From Chrysomallon squamiferum (Eukaryota > Animalia > Mollusca), in the NCBI GenBank assembly GCA_012295275.1, contig CM022678.1, forward strand, positions 9,052,001-9,116,000: a DNA stretch of 64,000 nucleotides. Direction: 5' to 3'. A program made the position numbers and the translations under genes. The stretch's first letter is position 1, and each line of letters begins with the position of its first letter. The notes below the pieces were generated by a model. The model saw only the letters and a list, made by a program, of their open reading frames with translations, made no database searches and was not told the origin of the DNA. This document shows positions 49,336 to 63,840 of the stretch, piece by piece.

Positions 49336-51423
49336 TTTAGATATAAATGAGTGTACATCAACTGATGTCAGTATTACTAAGTATATTGATACTTGTACTA
49401 ACAGAATCAGTGGATTCACTTGTTCCTGTCTGGCTGGGAAGAAACTTGAAAATGACCAGACAACATGTGTTAGTAAGCAGAATTTCTCATTACAAAATAC
49501 AATAATGTAAAAATAAATTTTTAAATATTTTAAAAACATAATTATATTTTGAAATCTGAAGCAACTTATTCTGTAAAATTAGAAATTTTCATGATATTTA
49601 GATTATACTTTTAATATAATTTTATAAATTTTGTTTTATAATAAATACTAACACAAAAATTTGATTTTAATTTAATTTATTTATTTTCAAATTGGATTTT
49701 ATTTTTCCCTCTCAGACCATTGTCAGTGTAAAGCTGGCTGGGTGGTGTGTGATGTGAAAACAACAGAGATGAATGTAGTGTTTCAACAGTTTCATGTCAA
49801 GCAAACAGCAACTGCAAAAACCTGCCAGTCTCCTATCATTTGAGTGTAAGACAGGATATCACAACTTGTCAGATGAATGTATACGTGAGTAGGGTATACT
49901 TAATAAATAGTTAATTACTCAATATTAAAAATATTTTGGTAACAAGCTGAAACTATAACATTTTACTTAATAAACAGTTATATGTTAGAAATAATTTCTA
50001 TTATTTCATAAATAGTTATATGTAACAAATAATTTCTTATTATTTATGAAATATTTATATGTTACAAATGATTTCTTATTACTTAATAAATAGTTATAGT
50101 CTAAAAAATAGTTAAACAATACAAATGATTGATGAATTTTGTACATATTTTTGTGATTTTAATTACCAAAGAAAACAGAATGGATGTTTTAAAACTGAAA
50201 AATTACATAGTTAATTAATACCTCAGTCACAAAATTAACTTTTTCTGCATTAAAATATAATAAATAAATATAATAATAAAAATATCATTTTATACTTGTT
50301 AATAATTTTTTCATCAAAATTAAGAGAATGTTTACTTAACACAGAAAAAGATCATGTAAAAGATCATTTTTTTAAATTGTTCAATGAGTGTTTGGTATCA
50401 TTCTTGTACTAACACTGAGAAAAGCTACATTTGATCTTGTCAGAGTGATTACAAATTATAAAATATTTTTATTTTATTTTAATTGTGACAAAATTTGATA
50501 AAATTATAAACTATTTTATTTTCATTTGTGTGAGAATGTGATAAAATTGGTAAATTATTTTGTTGTGACAAAATATAATAAAGTTATAAAAATATTTTAT
50601 GTTCAGTTGTGACAGTGCTGCAGTGAACAGTTCGTGTGAACAGGGCTGCAGGGTGCATGACACAGTGGAGCAGTGTTTGTGTAGAAATGTTTACCTTGAA
50701 TTCAGACAACAAAACATGCTCAGGTGAGTCAGTTCTATCTGGTTCTCAGGTTAAATTGTTCACTTCAAGCATTCTTAGTTTATTCATATTTCCAGTGTAA
50801 GTGTTATCTCTTTGAATCTGAATGGCCAGCATTTCTACCATTATCTGTTGTTTTTTATTATTATTATTAATAATGTCATGCTCATTATATAATCAACAAT
50901 CAGTTTGTAGCTTGGGTATGCATTAGTAGCTTTTGTGCTATTCAAATAGTTAAGTTAAACTTCTCTTTTCTGGAATTAAGAAAAATTTCAAAGCAGTTAA
51001 TACTATTTCAGAAACTTGTCAAGGTCTATGAATAATTTTTATTTTTATTAATAATATTACGTTATATCAAACCTGACTAATTTTATAAACTGATCAAAAC
51101 CTCTCAGAATCTATGAATTTTAAATTTTGGTTAATCCATATATTTCTTATAAATAATTTCTGTGTAAATGATATTTGAATAATTTCAGAAACTTGTCAAA
51201 ATGTAGGAGTATGTTTAATTGTTGTTAATTATTGAGATATGATTTATTTTTTTAGATATAAATGAATGTAATTCAACAATATTTATACTCAGAACTAAAA
51301 CTACTAAGATGGAGGCTACACATGTTCCTGTATGGATGTTTATAAGTGGGAAACTGACAAAATTACTTGTAGAGGTAGATATATATAACATATCACACAC
51401 ACACACACACACACACACACACC

Positions 51424-51500
<77 letters not shown>

Positions 51501-52580
51501 CAACACATGCACATGCAAAGATTGACACACATTAAAACATGCACACACACAAACCTCCATATACATACATATACAGTGAATTGAAGGAAATCAAAGCAAA
51601 ACAGTGAAATCAATGAAATGAAATGATATATGATTATACACTGAAATGAAATTAAATGAAATGTAGTGGGGTGCTGTGAAATACAATAAATGAAATGAAA
51701 TGAAATAATAATACAATAAAACAAATAAATAAATGAAAAAATAATAACAATAAAATCAAATAAATCAAATAAATGCAATACAATGCAATACAATACAATA
51801 CAATACAATACAATAAATGAATGAATTGAACTGAACTGAACTGAACTGAACTGAAATAAATTAAATGATTCACAATGAAATAAAGTGAAATGAAATAAAT
51901 ACAATGCTAAAGTAAATTGATTTTGTCCATGGAATAAATGGCTTTTTAACAGTAAGTAAAAAGTCATGAAAATAATTAAGTCATAACCCATCCCATTTGA
52001 CTCATATCTACTTTCATGGTAAATTGTATAATATTGTTTATACAACTCTGACTATTATTTTAATTAATAATATTTATTTTATTTTTTTTTCAGGGTCCTT
52101 TTTCATAAGCTTGTTTTGAGAATGAAAGAAAATGTGAGAAGTGACATTGATTCTAAGTGACTTGTTGTGTTTATCTCCCAGTTCTTCAAGTTTTCTCACT
52201 GTACTGAACAAACTAAACAGAAGAAACAGCAGAAGATAAAATATCTTCACAACACATATGAAGGACTGAAAAAAAAGTTACTTGTTATGTGGACTGCACT
52301 TACTGAAGAATTTATAAATCTGTGAAACTGTGATTTCAGATTCAAAGTGTCATTCATGCAAGATACAGTCAGACATAGACCAGCAGACAGAATGTTTGGA
52401 CCAGACAGTCAAGTGTGTGAAAAAGAAATTATTTTTAAAAATGACTGATGTAGAAATCCTTGATTTACTGCTTTAAAAAAAATACAAATTGTATAGCTCA
52501 AGGGAGATAATTTTATTATTATGATTATTTTTTTATTAATGTACTGGTAAAGATTTTTGAAAAAGTATGCTAATAAAACA
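47650..52580 (+). pseudogene. Disabled, probably chimeric transcription unit: first exon to 47863, unidentified exons 48218-48387 and 48753-48855, four EGF exons, terminal exon from 52094
   Basis: Consistent plus-strand splice sites; stops in the protein-like frames; AATAAA at 52572. Confidence 0.5.
49341..51374 (+). pseudogene. Fibrillin-like calcium-binding EGF repeat exons, disabled: 49341-49472, 49716-49884, 50607-50723, 51256-51374
   Basis: DINECTSTDVS...TCTNRISGFTCSCLAGKKLENDQTTC; CQCKAGW-GV*CENNRDECSV...CQANSNCKNLPVSYH-ECKTGY...DEC; CDS...CEQGCRV...EQCLCRN-FTLNSDNKTCS; DINECN...DGGYTCSCMDVYKWETDKITC. Mostly phase-1 exons with frameshifts and lost cysteines. Confidence 0.88.
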
Positions 52581-53147
52581 TAAAATGGAAGAAGATATGT
52601 TGTTTGGAAGATATTTTCTTAATGATTAATTTGCAGATTACATTATAGGTCAAGTTGTTTAGTACATCTTAAATTTTTTTCTATCCAAATGTCTTGGTAT
52701 TCTTTTATTTTGTTCTATTAATATACTTTCACTTGACAATCAGAAATCTTGGTACATTTATGTTTTATAGCAGTCTCAGCACTTTAAGACCTGTTGAAAC
52801 ATTTTAAATAAATTTTAATTTGAAAGTTCAGGTACATCTTAGACCATGTTTTTCTAAATTTTTAATTATGAATTTTGTTGAGGCTTTTCTAAAATTATCT
52901 TTTTCATATGAAAAAGTAGTTTTGATGTTGATCTTTTCTTTTTCTTGTTCAAATAAATATTTCATTATTATTTTGTTTTCTGTTTTTCATTACATATTTG
53001 TAGCTAGCATTTTCATCAGACTTGAGAAACAGATTCCTAAGAGTGAGGAATATTTTTATATATATAGTTTTGAAATAATAGTAGAAGTAATAGATGTGAT
53101 TGTGGAAATACTGATACAGATAATGTTGCAGCAGTTAGTAATAGAAT

Positions 53148-53179
<32 letters not shown>

Positions 53180-54008
53180 TAACTAGAAATAATAGCAGCA
53201 ATAGTAATACTGGTAAAAGGTAATGAAAATAACAATAGCATAAGTAACTGAGGGAGTACTGTAATAATGGTTCTATTATTAATTTTTGGCTGTGTACATA
53301 TTCAGAAAACACCATAAACACTTTGCTTGGAGATATATAATTTTGAATTTTACTTGCATTTCAAATGACTGAATAATTTGGTTGTTTGCAGAATATAATA
53401 TTTAAATTGTTTCTTCTATCTTTCTATCTGTCTGTCTGTCTATATGTGGATCCAGTCATTACACATATTACATAAAATAACTAAAGCTTATTGCTGACAC
53501 TTGTTATACAGCTTTTTTCTTTTTATTTATGACAGGTAATTTTATTCAAAGATTTAAAATAGGTAGTTATAAATGTTTATTTAAACCCTGTTTTCTCCTT
53601 CCAAACAAATATTTAAATTATTCTGAGTTTTGTTATTTATATTTTTAATTTAAGCTAGAGTCATAGACAACTTCATAAGGTAAAGTGGAGGGGAACAGTG
53701 ATTAACAAATTCAGTGTTTAGCTGTTATTACAGACATTTCACTAGATGTCAGTCTGATCCCAGGATCAAATCAGGGGAGCAAATCATATTTTTTACAAAA
53801 TGAGATTGAATGATAATACTATATATATATTGAAATTCATTCGTGAATGAGAGTGAGAGTGAGATTAATCATTTAGATCTAAGTATATTATCTTCTTTGA
53901 AAATAATTATCACTCAGTTAAATTCAACAACAATAAAAAGTCTGGGTGAGGATTGGCTGAGGGTAGGTTTACATTTAGATTTAAGATTTATTAAGATTTA
54001 TTGATAGA

Positions 54009-54054
<46 letters not shown>

Positions 54055-54428
54055 TATTGATTGAAAAGTAGCTAATTATTTATGTATATCTTTGTATAGA
54101 ACAGGTTTAGGACCTGGTAATACATTTGAAAGTTACATTTGACTGGTTTGTTTTGATAGAAAAGAAAAACAGAAGACCTTGAATGTTAAACTCTGCTTAA
54201 AACATGATCATGTTATTTCCAACATATTTTAATTGTTATCTTCTTCTTCTTCTTCTTCTTCTTCTTCTTCTTCTGATGATTCTTCTTGATGATGATTATG
54301 ATGATGATGATGATGATGATGATATGATTATTATTATTATTATTATTATTTTCTTTTAAATTAACAAATAAATAAATGTTAATAAAAGTAAACAGTACTA
54401 CTATTGCTAGTACTACTACTACTACTAC

Positions 54429-54465
<37 letters not shown>

Positions 54466-54558
54466 CAATAACAATTATAATAAAGCCACTCAGTAAACTA
54501 ATTCAACTCATTCTATAATCACATATTAAGCTATGCATTATGAAACAGCAAATAGACA

Positions 54559-54616
<58 letters not shown>

Positions 54617-54648
54617 AAAAAAAAAAAAAAAAGTAAAAACAGCAAAAA

Positions 54649-55310
54649 ACTAGCGGATGGTAGTGGATATTTAATGTTGTCTTTGTTATAAAGTTAAAAA
54701 CGGATATCTATGAAACTGTTTTTCAGTAGATACATTTCTCTTCTGTATACTAGGCATAGATAATCTTAATAAAGTAATAATGTTTATATGTATATAATCT
54801 TTTATTATTATTATTATTAAGATTGTGAAGTCTGTATATAGCAACTATAAACTAGAAAAAAGTCATGTGTGTGTGTTTGTGTGTTAGTAATTATAATAAA
54901 TAAATAAACTGCGGGTTTTGTATAACAAACATATAAAATTTTAACATTTAAGAATTGAGATAAAATAGCTATGGCGGTATTTGCTTAACAACCAAAGTTT
55001 TAGAATTTTAGAATTAAGATAATTAGCTATGGCTGGTTTTGTGTAACAAACAAACAAAGTTTTAAAATGTGTCAGTCTAGGCTGGCTTCTCTTGCTCTTT
55101 GAATTCGATGTTTTCATTGATATCTGCAGTAATCTAATAATTTGTAATCTTTGCACAGTCAGGTGGGCCCTTTTATGAAATAGAGCTTACTGAACCTCGA
55201 AATTCTGACCTTGTTTTGATAAGCGTTTGACAGCGGGTTAGGGTTAGATTTGTCCTGACGTGTTGAGAAATTTTGCAGTGTAATCTGTGTCATTAAAGGC
55301 GTATATGTTT

Positions 55311-55325
<15 letters not shown>
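54649..55325 (+). repeat. Block A, direct repeat of 57959-58625
   Basis: Both start actagcggatggtagtggatatttaatg and end aaaggcgtatatgttt+(CA)n; very similar throughout. Confidence 0.95.
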
Positions 55326-55347
<22 letters not shown>

Positions 55348-55349
55348 GT

Positions 55350-55717
55350 GATGTGCGTTAATGTGTCTGTATACAGTGTATGTATGTGTGTGTGTGTGTG
55401 TGTGTGTGCGTATGTGTGTTTGTTTTTATGTGTATGTATGTGTTTGTATGTTTATGGGTGTGTAGGAGGTTGTAACTTAAAACATCTTCCTTTTCGCTCG
55501 AGTATTTTGTTTATCGTGATTAATGATATATCTAGTTTATTATTGAAACTTAAACAAATATAAATACATAGTATAGCACTAATACTCTCTCTGACAGAAA
55601 ATAATAACTTTTATTCACTGAGATTTGTAAAACAGTTATAAACACACACACACACACACACATAAGACGACGGATACATTTTATTTACACAATGATTTAT
55701 TCGGTATACAATAATCT

Positions 55718-55786
<69 letters not shown>

Positions 55787-56006
55787 ACATAATTAGAAAG
55801 AAAAGAAAGAAAGACTAAAAATAATAATAAATAGAATAAAATATATAACCGACGGCTTGGAAAATAAGATGAATTTTTTTTTAGACGTCATGGGTATTCA
55901 TTTGAAGGTCACTGTAAGTTCAAGTTGACAGCACAGTTATACACTGCTTTGTAATTTATTTATTTTGGTTCCGGTTTAATAAACTGATTTTATTTTGGTT
56001 TATTTT

Positions 56007-56058
<52 letters not shown>

Positions 56059-56843
56059 ATTTCTCTCTCTCTCTTAACGTAAAAAAAGTTTCTTTCTTTC
56101 TTTTCTTTCTATCTTTGAAATCTCTCTTAGGTTATTTTATAAGATATATAAATTACATTCAGAAATATTAATATTTTTTTACATACAGTTGACTATTAGA
56201 TCGGGAAATAAATTTGATTTAAATTTATATTATAATATGTTAGATCGGGGATATTAGTTTTGACATAAATTATGTTGAAACGTGATTAATTGCACGTTTG
56301 TGTTGTATTTGTTTAATTGTAATGTATTTTATTTCTTTATTTAACAAGTCGATTTATCTACATCATTTTTCTATGTGGAGTATGTTCTCGTGAAGAAATC
56401 TGTCATTATAAAACACTCGTAACTTGTTCTATCGTTAACACCAGCAAACAAACAATATAGTAAGTTTCGCTTCAGTAAACAAATAAAATATTATCTGAAC
56501 CAATTTCAAATTAGGTTATGCGGTGAATGGAGACTTGAAAATCTATATAAATGAAAAAAAAAAAAAAAGAAAAAAAAGAAAAGAAAAGGTAGAAATGACA
56601 AATAAATATATATATCGATAGATAGATATAAAACAAAACATAATGCGTTTGTAACTAAAAATAGAATGTAGCGGCAACATATGTTAAAATAAATTACGTT
56701 TATTTTTGTAAATTTATTAACTAAGCTGTAGATAAACAGAGAGCGAATCAGCTGCACATTATCATCACACTTCACATAATAATTAATATCGGGAAATCAA
56801 TTTAATTATAATGACAGAATATAATAATTTTACTCAGTGATAT

Positions 56844-56898
<55 letters not shown>

Positions 56899-57732
56899 GC
56901 CCGCGTATCTCAGAGAGAGAGAGATTAGATTAATTACACTTATAAAAATAATAAAATTTATTAAATTTAATTACAATTATGCTTGTAGTTTGCGTATATT
57001 TGTGACAGTGGTTTATTTTTAATATGTCTCTTGTGTCAATTGAATCAACATGACATTGTCAAACATTCAAGAACTCATCTCTTTTACGCATAGAAACAAA
57101 TAGTATGTTTAGAATAGTCAATTAATGAAATATATATATTTAATTAATTAGATTAAAACCATTTATATATATATCTTAAATAAAATGAAATAAAGCTATT
57201 TAATACAGAGAAGAGATATATATTTATTATTATTTTATAACCATTGTGTATACGTGACTAAAATTCACCTTGTATGCTGTTTTTCATTATTACAGTTTAT
57301 TTATATATCTTACGAAAAGTCATTATACCGCCAGTTCACTATTCAAGCTTATTCTCTGTCCCACTTCAAGCTGGCCGCTGTGTCTATTATTACTACATGT
57401 GAGATAGGCTCTAACCAGCATTTTATAAATTAATTCAGTACACAAACTATGTTAAGGTAGTTGTTAATTTTAATCCTGTTAACTTAACTACAACAATTTA
57501 AAAATTTCACGATCATTTTTTATCAGAAGAAACAAACGTTTTATAGAAAACTTCAAAGCTTCTACCCCCCCCATTTTTTTTTTTTACTTGATATGGTATC
57601 TTCCGCTCAGTAAGTGTTGTCTGACAAAATCGGGCTGCGCTACTGCAAGAGTAAACTGACCTTGCTGTCGAACAAGCGGATACATTATTTTCAGCTTCTA
57701 AAATTTTTATTTCTCAAGACTAAGTAAGTCAA

Positions 57733-57767
<35 letters not shown>

Positions 57768-57950
57768 GTGTTCTAAGATATTTTAAAATATCATTTTCAA
57801 AGTCAGTTCCACGATTACTGTATCGTGCGTGGTATGCGATTTTCAAGAAAAGTAGGTCGACACATTGCGAGAAACGATTTATTTTCCAGTGGTGTGCTAA
57901 ATTAACTTGCAGCATTCATGGATTCTCACAAATGTTTAGTTTGTTGGGTT
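55350..57950 (+). repeat. Blocks B-C-D, older direct repeat of segments in 60040-63320
   Basis: B 55460-55660 ~ 60200-60430; C 56150-56930 ~ 60510-61550; D 57187-57948 ~ 62465-63312. Visibly more diverged than block A. Confidence 0.92.
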
Positions 57951-57958
57951 TTTTTTCT

Positions 57959-58898
57959 ACTAGCGGATGGTAGTGGATATTTAATGTTGTCTTTGTTATA
58001 AAGTTAAAAATGGATATCTGAATCTGTTTTTCAGTAGATAGATTTCTCTTCTGTATACTAGGCATAGATGATCTAAATAACGTAATAATGTTTATATGTA
58101 TATGATCTTTTTATTATTATTATTAAGACTCTGAAGTCTGTATATAGCAACTATAAACTTGAAAAAGTCGTGTGTGTGTGAGTGTGTGTTAGAAATTATA
58201 ATAAGTAAATAAACTGCGGGTTTTGTATAACAAACATATAAAATTTTAACATTTAAGAATTGAGATAAAATAGCTATGGCGGTATTTGCTTAACAACCAA
58301 AGTTTTAGAATTTTAGAATTAAGATAATTAGCTATGGCGGGTTTTGTGTAACAAACAAACAAAGTTTTAAAATGTGTCAGTCTAGGCTGGCTTCTCTTGC
58401 TCTTTGAATTCGATGTTTTCATTGACATCTGCAGTAATCTAATAATTTGTAATCTTTGCACAGTCCGGTGGGCCCTTTTATGAAATAGAGCTTACTGAAC
58501 CTCGAAATTCTGACCTTGTTTTGATAAGCGTTTGACAGCGGGTTAGGGTTAGATTTGTTCTGACGTGTTGAGAAATCTGTAATCTGTGTCATTAAAGGCG
58601 TATATGTTTCACACACACACACACACAACTTATAACTTAAAGTAATATGCTTATTTTCTTTAATTAGGTTTCAGTTGACTGATTCCGTTTTTTAAATCAG
58701 GTTTCGCAGAATCCGTAAATAATTTAGTTGTTTTCATTTTATTTTGTATTATTACAAAATATGTTTTTAAATTAATAAACGTAAGCTGTTGATGGGTTAT
58801 TATCCAGTAGATGAGTGTGGTATTATACTAATCCCTGTCATAGTGATTTATACAGAAAATAGACAGTGATAATGTGCACTTTAGGCATTTACAACATG

Positions 58899-58930
<32 letters not shown>

Positions 58931-61172
58931 AATAATAATAATAATGACAACGATAAAAAATTTCACAAAATCTGATCTTTTTTTTTGAATTTGAATTTTT
59001 TTTTGTTTTTGGTTTTTTGAAACCCACATTCCTCTGTAGTCAGTGTGACATTCGATACCCAGTATTAAATTAAATAAGATTTATTTCTGATGACGTAGCA
59101 TTTTATCTGTGTCACGCGGTGTGATCACAGTCATGTGATCAGCTGATTGTTTTGTCGTACATTCAGAATAGAAAAAAAATAGTTCTTACAGGTATCAGGT
59201 CCGTACCTGAGTTAAATCAAAGATGTGGGCTTACTGTTGTGTATTAAATATCATTTCACCACCAATTATAATTTTTTCTAAAGTAATAACATTCAGGATA
59301 TATGAATGATAATAATCACAAACACTGAGCTTTCACCCGAACTGAATAAACATCAACTGCTAACGTATGTTTCTATTTTATCTTGCGAAAAAAACCTACA
59401 TGGAAAATAATAATAAATAAAATAAATAAATAAATAAATGACAAAAAGATTGTACTGAAGCAACAACTACTAATATTAATACTAATACTTATACTAACTC
59501 TAACCCTACTCTATTACTACCTCTACTACCTAATACTAATAATTTTACTATCATTATCACCAAAAGTATACTACTGCGGATAACAGTAAATCTGTTAATT
59601 GCTTTTGTTATTTTACTTTACTTACTTTATTATTTATTTATTTATTTATTTATAATTAATGTTTTTTGTGTGCACCTGAATTAATTTTGTCATACTCTTA
59701 TGAGAGCGTGAATTCAAAACGTGACTAAACAGAGTCACGTAGGTTTCGCCTCGGTAAACAAACAGAATGTAAACTTCTGTTAAACTGAACTTGCAGGGTT
59801 TGAACACCTGCGTGTCAGTGTGTACACGTGACTAAATGCATATTTCTTTTTATGTCTAAACTTGTATTTCGTTTCTTTCTTTCTCTTAATTATACCCAGT
59901 GTCATCCACTTGGTCGTTCAATTTCAGATTTGGTTTTTTCCACTGGTTGTGTGTATGTGTGCATGTGTGTATATGTAAGTTTGTGAATGTTTGCGTATCT
60001 TCTGTGTGGTTGTATGTCTGTGTGTGTCTGTGTGCGTTGTGTGTATTCTGTATGTATGTGTATGCATGTGTATTGTGTTTGTAGATCTGTATATGTGTCT
60101 GCCGTGTATGTATATGTATATATGTGTATTTATTTGTGTTGTGTGTATGCATGTGCATGTGTGTGTATATGTGTGTAGGTGTGTATATGTAAGTGAAGGT
60201 GTGTAACTTAAAACATCTTCCTTTTCGCTTGAGTATTTTATTCAATGTGATTAATGATATATCTAAGAAATACCCTCATTCCATCTTCTTTATCACTGAA
60301 ACTTCAAACAAATATAAATACAATATATAATACTAATACTAATAGTCTCTCTGACAGAAAATAATAAAATTTACTCACTGGGCTTTGTTACACAGTTTAA
60401 CACACACACACGCGCACAGACACACACCTATAAAAGAGTCACTTTATATATATTTTATTATTTGTAGATTAGCATTTATACAGACTGAGCGAGATAAGTA
60501 TAAGTACGTAAATTACATTCAGAAATATTAATTTGTATACATACTGTCGACTATTAGATCGGGAAATAAATATGATTAAATTCATATTATAATATGTTAG
60601 ATCGGGAAATTAGTTTAACACTGACATAAATTATGTTGAAACGTGACCAGTTGTACGTTTGTGATTTATTTGTTTAACTGTAATGTATTTTATTTCGTTA
60701 TTTAACAAGTCGATTTATCTACGTCATCTTTCTATGTGGAGTATGTTCTCGTGAAGAAATCTGTCATTATAAAACACTCGTAACTTGTTTTATCGTTCAC
60801 ACCAGCAAACAAACAACATAGTAAGTTTCGCTTCAGTAAACAAATAAAATGTTATTTGAAAAAACTTCAAATTAGGTTATGCGGTGAATGGATACTTGAA
60901 AATCTATATAAAAAAAAAAGAAAAGAAAAGAAAGAAAGGTAGAAGCAGAAGAAGAAAAAATTCCTTTGTTCGTCAGTGAAACAAAATATTATCTTTATGT
61001 CCTTACAGTGGCCATATTCAAGATATTTTTATTTTATTTTTATTATTTTTTTTTCCCCCTAGACGCTCTTAACTGAAAAAATGTCGGATATTTCACTTTG
61101 TCATTTCGACCCTTTTTCTTTTAGGGAAAAAATAATGTGTGTATAAATTTTCCCCAGGAAAGAAAAAGTTCA

Positions 61173-61213
<41 letters not shown>

Positions 61214-61430
61214 AAACAAAACAAAACACAATTCCTTTGTAACAAAAAACAGAAAGCAACTGCAACGTGTTAAAATAATTTACGTTTTTTTTTGTAAATT
61301 TATTGACGAAGCTGTAGATAAACAGAATGCGAATCAGCTGAACATTATCACCACCTTTCATATCATAATTAATACCGGGAACTTGTTTTATACTGTCATA
61401 AAATAATAATTCTACTCAGTGAGATTTGTT

Positions 61431-61504
<74 letters not shown>

Positions 61505-61564
61505 ATATGCAGGTGTATCTCAGAGAGAGAGAGAGAGAGAGAGAGAGATTGGATTGCAGCTATA

Positions 61565-61621
<57 letters not shown>

Positions 61622-63037
61622 TATTATTGATTAAAAGCATGCTGTTATCTTTGTATCCTGTTTTTCATCGCTATTCATAATTTATATATCTTACAAAAGA
61701 AGGCATCGATTACCGCCTGTATATAACTATAGAGGTTTATACAAGATCTATTTTGGGTGTAGAAGTGTATTATCTTTCTCTGATCTCCAACAAACCTGAA
61801 AAGCGGGTTTCACTTTATGACAAGATAAATATTTTAAAAATATCTATCAAATTAAAAATTATTATTAAATGTAACGCCATTGTAAGAAACAATTATGGTA
61901 ATTGCAGAATGTGTTAAATTAAAATGCTTAAAAAAATAAGTGTGTTACATACATTTATTTTTATATTATTTGACTGACATAATATTGAATCCATTTATTT
62001 GAAAAAAACTATTGGTAAATATTCATTTAGAAAAAAAGAAGACAGATATTAAAATATAGAAAGATATAAGATATATATATATATAGATATATAGAGAGAG
62101 AGCTGATTTCTTTTATACTATTTATTACATTCTACTGTATAAACATACAAAAGTATACTGTAGCTTTATAATGCTACAAATGTTTCATTAAAACAACATC
62201 TGAAAATGAATTCAGTACAGTATCGGTCAAGGGGCAGCTTCTACCATATCGAACAATTCCCTTAATGCCTGCATTTACATTCTTTTTTCTTATGAATGTC
62301 CGCAGTATATCACTGCTTGTGTATACCTGAATTCACCTCACATTACCAAACACATTTGAGAGTTGCTCTGTCTTGGTTTAGTCAAATAATACAATATGTA
62401 ATATTATAATAACATAAATATAATCGTTAATATGATTTATTTATTTATTTATTTTAAACAGAAAGAAATAAAGCTATATAATACAGAGAAGGAATATGTA
62501 GTATTATTTTATGACTATGATGTATACGTGACTAAAATCATATATTCACCTTGTATGCTGTTTTTCATTATAATAGTTTATTTATATATCTTACGAAAAG
62601 ACCTGATACCGCCAGTTCGCTATTCAAGTTTAAACAAGATACAGTTTGGCGGCTAAATGTATTATCTTTCTCTGTCCAACTACAAGCCAGTTGCTATCTC
62701 CATTATTATTATATGTGTCGTAGGTTGTAAACAGCATTTTATAAATTAATTGAGTGCACAAACTATGTTAAAGTAGTTATTACTTTTCCTGCAGTTTAGT
62801 TTATCAGAAGAATTAAATATTTCACGATTATTTTTTAACAAAAGAAACAAACGTTTTATAGAAAACTTAAAAGCTGTTACCCCTTCTTTACATGAGAATT
62901 GGTATCTTCCCCTCACTAAGTGTCGTCTGTAAAAACCGGGCTTCACTAATGCAAGAGTAAATTGACGTTGCAGACGAGCAATCGGAGACATTTTTTCAGC
63001 TCTGAAAATTTTCATTTCTCAAGACTAAGTAAGTCAA

Positions 63038-63132
<95 letters not shown>

Positions 63133-63320
63133 GTGTTCTAAGATATTTTAAAATATCATTTTCAAAGTCAATTCCACGATTATTTTATCGTGCGAGCTAT
63201 GTGATTTTCAAGAAAAGTAGCTCGTCACATTGCGAGAAACGATTTCTTTTCTAGTGGTGAGCTAAATTACCTTGCAGTATTCATGGATACTCACATATGT
63301 TGAGTTTGTTGGTTTTTGTG
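57959..63320 (+). repeat. Second copy of the A-B-C-D unit with extra segments (58630-59990; 61620-62460)
   Basis: Same block order as 54649-57950. Confidence 0.9.
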
Positions 63321-63429
63321 ATTTTTTTTCTTTGCTTCATACAATTTATTACAGCAGACTTCGTTTATAATTTTAGTTCTGTCGCGACGCAATTTACAAC
63401 AGACTGTCGTCTTCCTTCTCAAATTAAGA

Positions 63430-63439
63430 GTGACGTCAC
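63430..63439. promoter_or_regulatory. Perfect CRE/ATF palindrome GTGACGTCAC upstream of the RING gene
   Basis: TGACGTCA in a CpG-retaining stretch (63360-63465) about 400 bp before the ATG. Confidence 0.45.
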
Positions 63440-63656
63440 AAGGTTAAATTTAGCAAGTTCGTAATGCACTTTTATTTTACAAATAAGACTAAATAAATAA
63501 ATAAACAAACAGTTTATTTAGTGTATTTATAAAATGACAGTGTTATATTTGCAAGTTTATATATTTATCATTTCATTTTATTTATTTGTATATAGAATTT
63601 GTCGTATGAATTAACTGGGATTAATATGTAATTTTACCTCCAGTCAGTTGTTTTCA

Positions 63657-63713
<57 letters not shown>

Positions 63714-63773
63714 TATTATTTTTTTTTTTTTTTTTTCTATATTTTCTTTTAGCCTTCACTTTTTTATTTATTA

Positions 63774-63835
<62 letters not shown>

Positions 63836-63840
63836 CAGAT

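Noticed and set aside
54649-54700. Block A end (CTAG|T on the minus strand) as a Helitron 3' terminus
   Set aside because: No convincing subterminal hairpin is visible; a 4-bp motif alone is insufficient.
55235-55247. GGGTTAGGGTTAG (also 58540-58552) as interstitial telomere
   Set aside because: Only two units, duplicated as part of block A.
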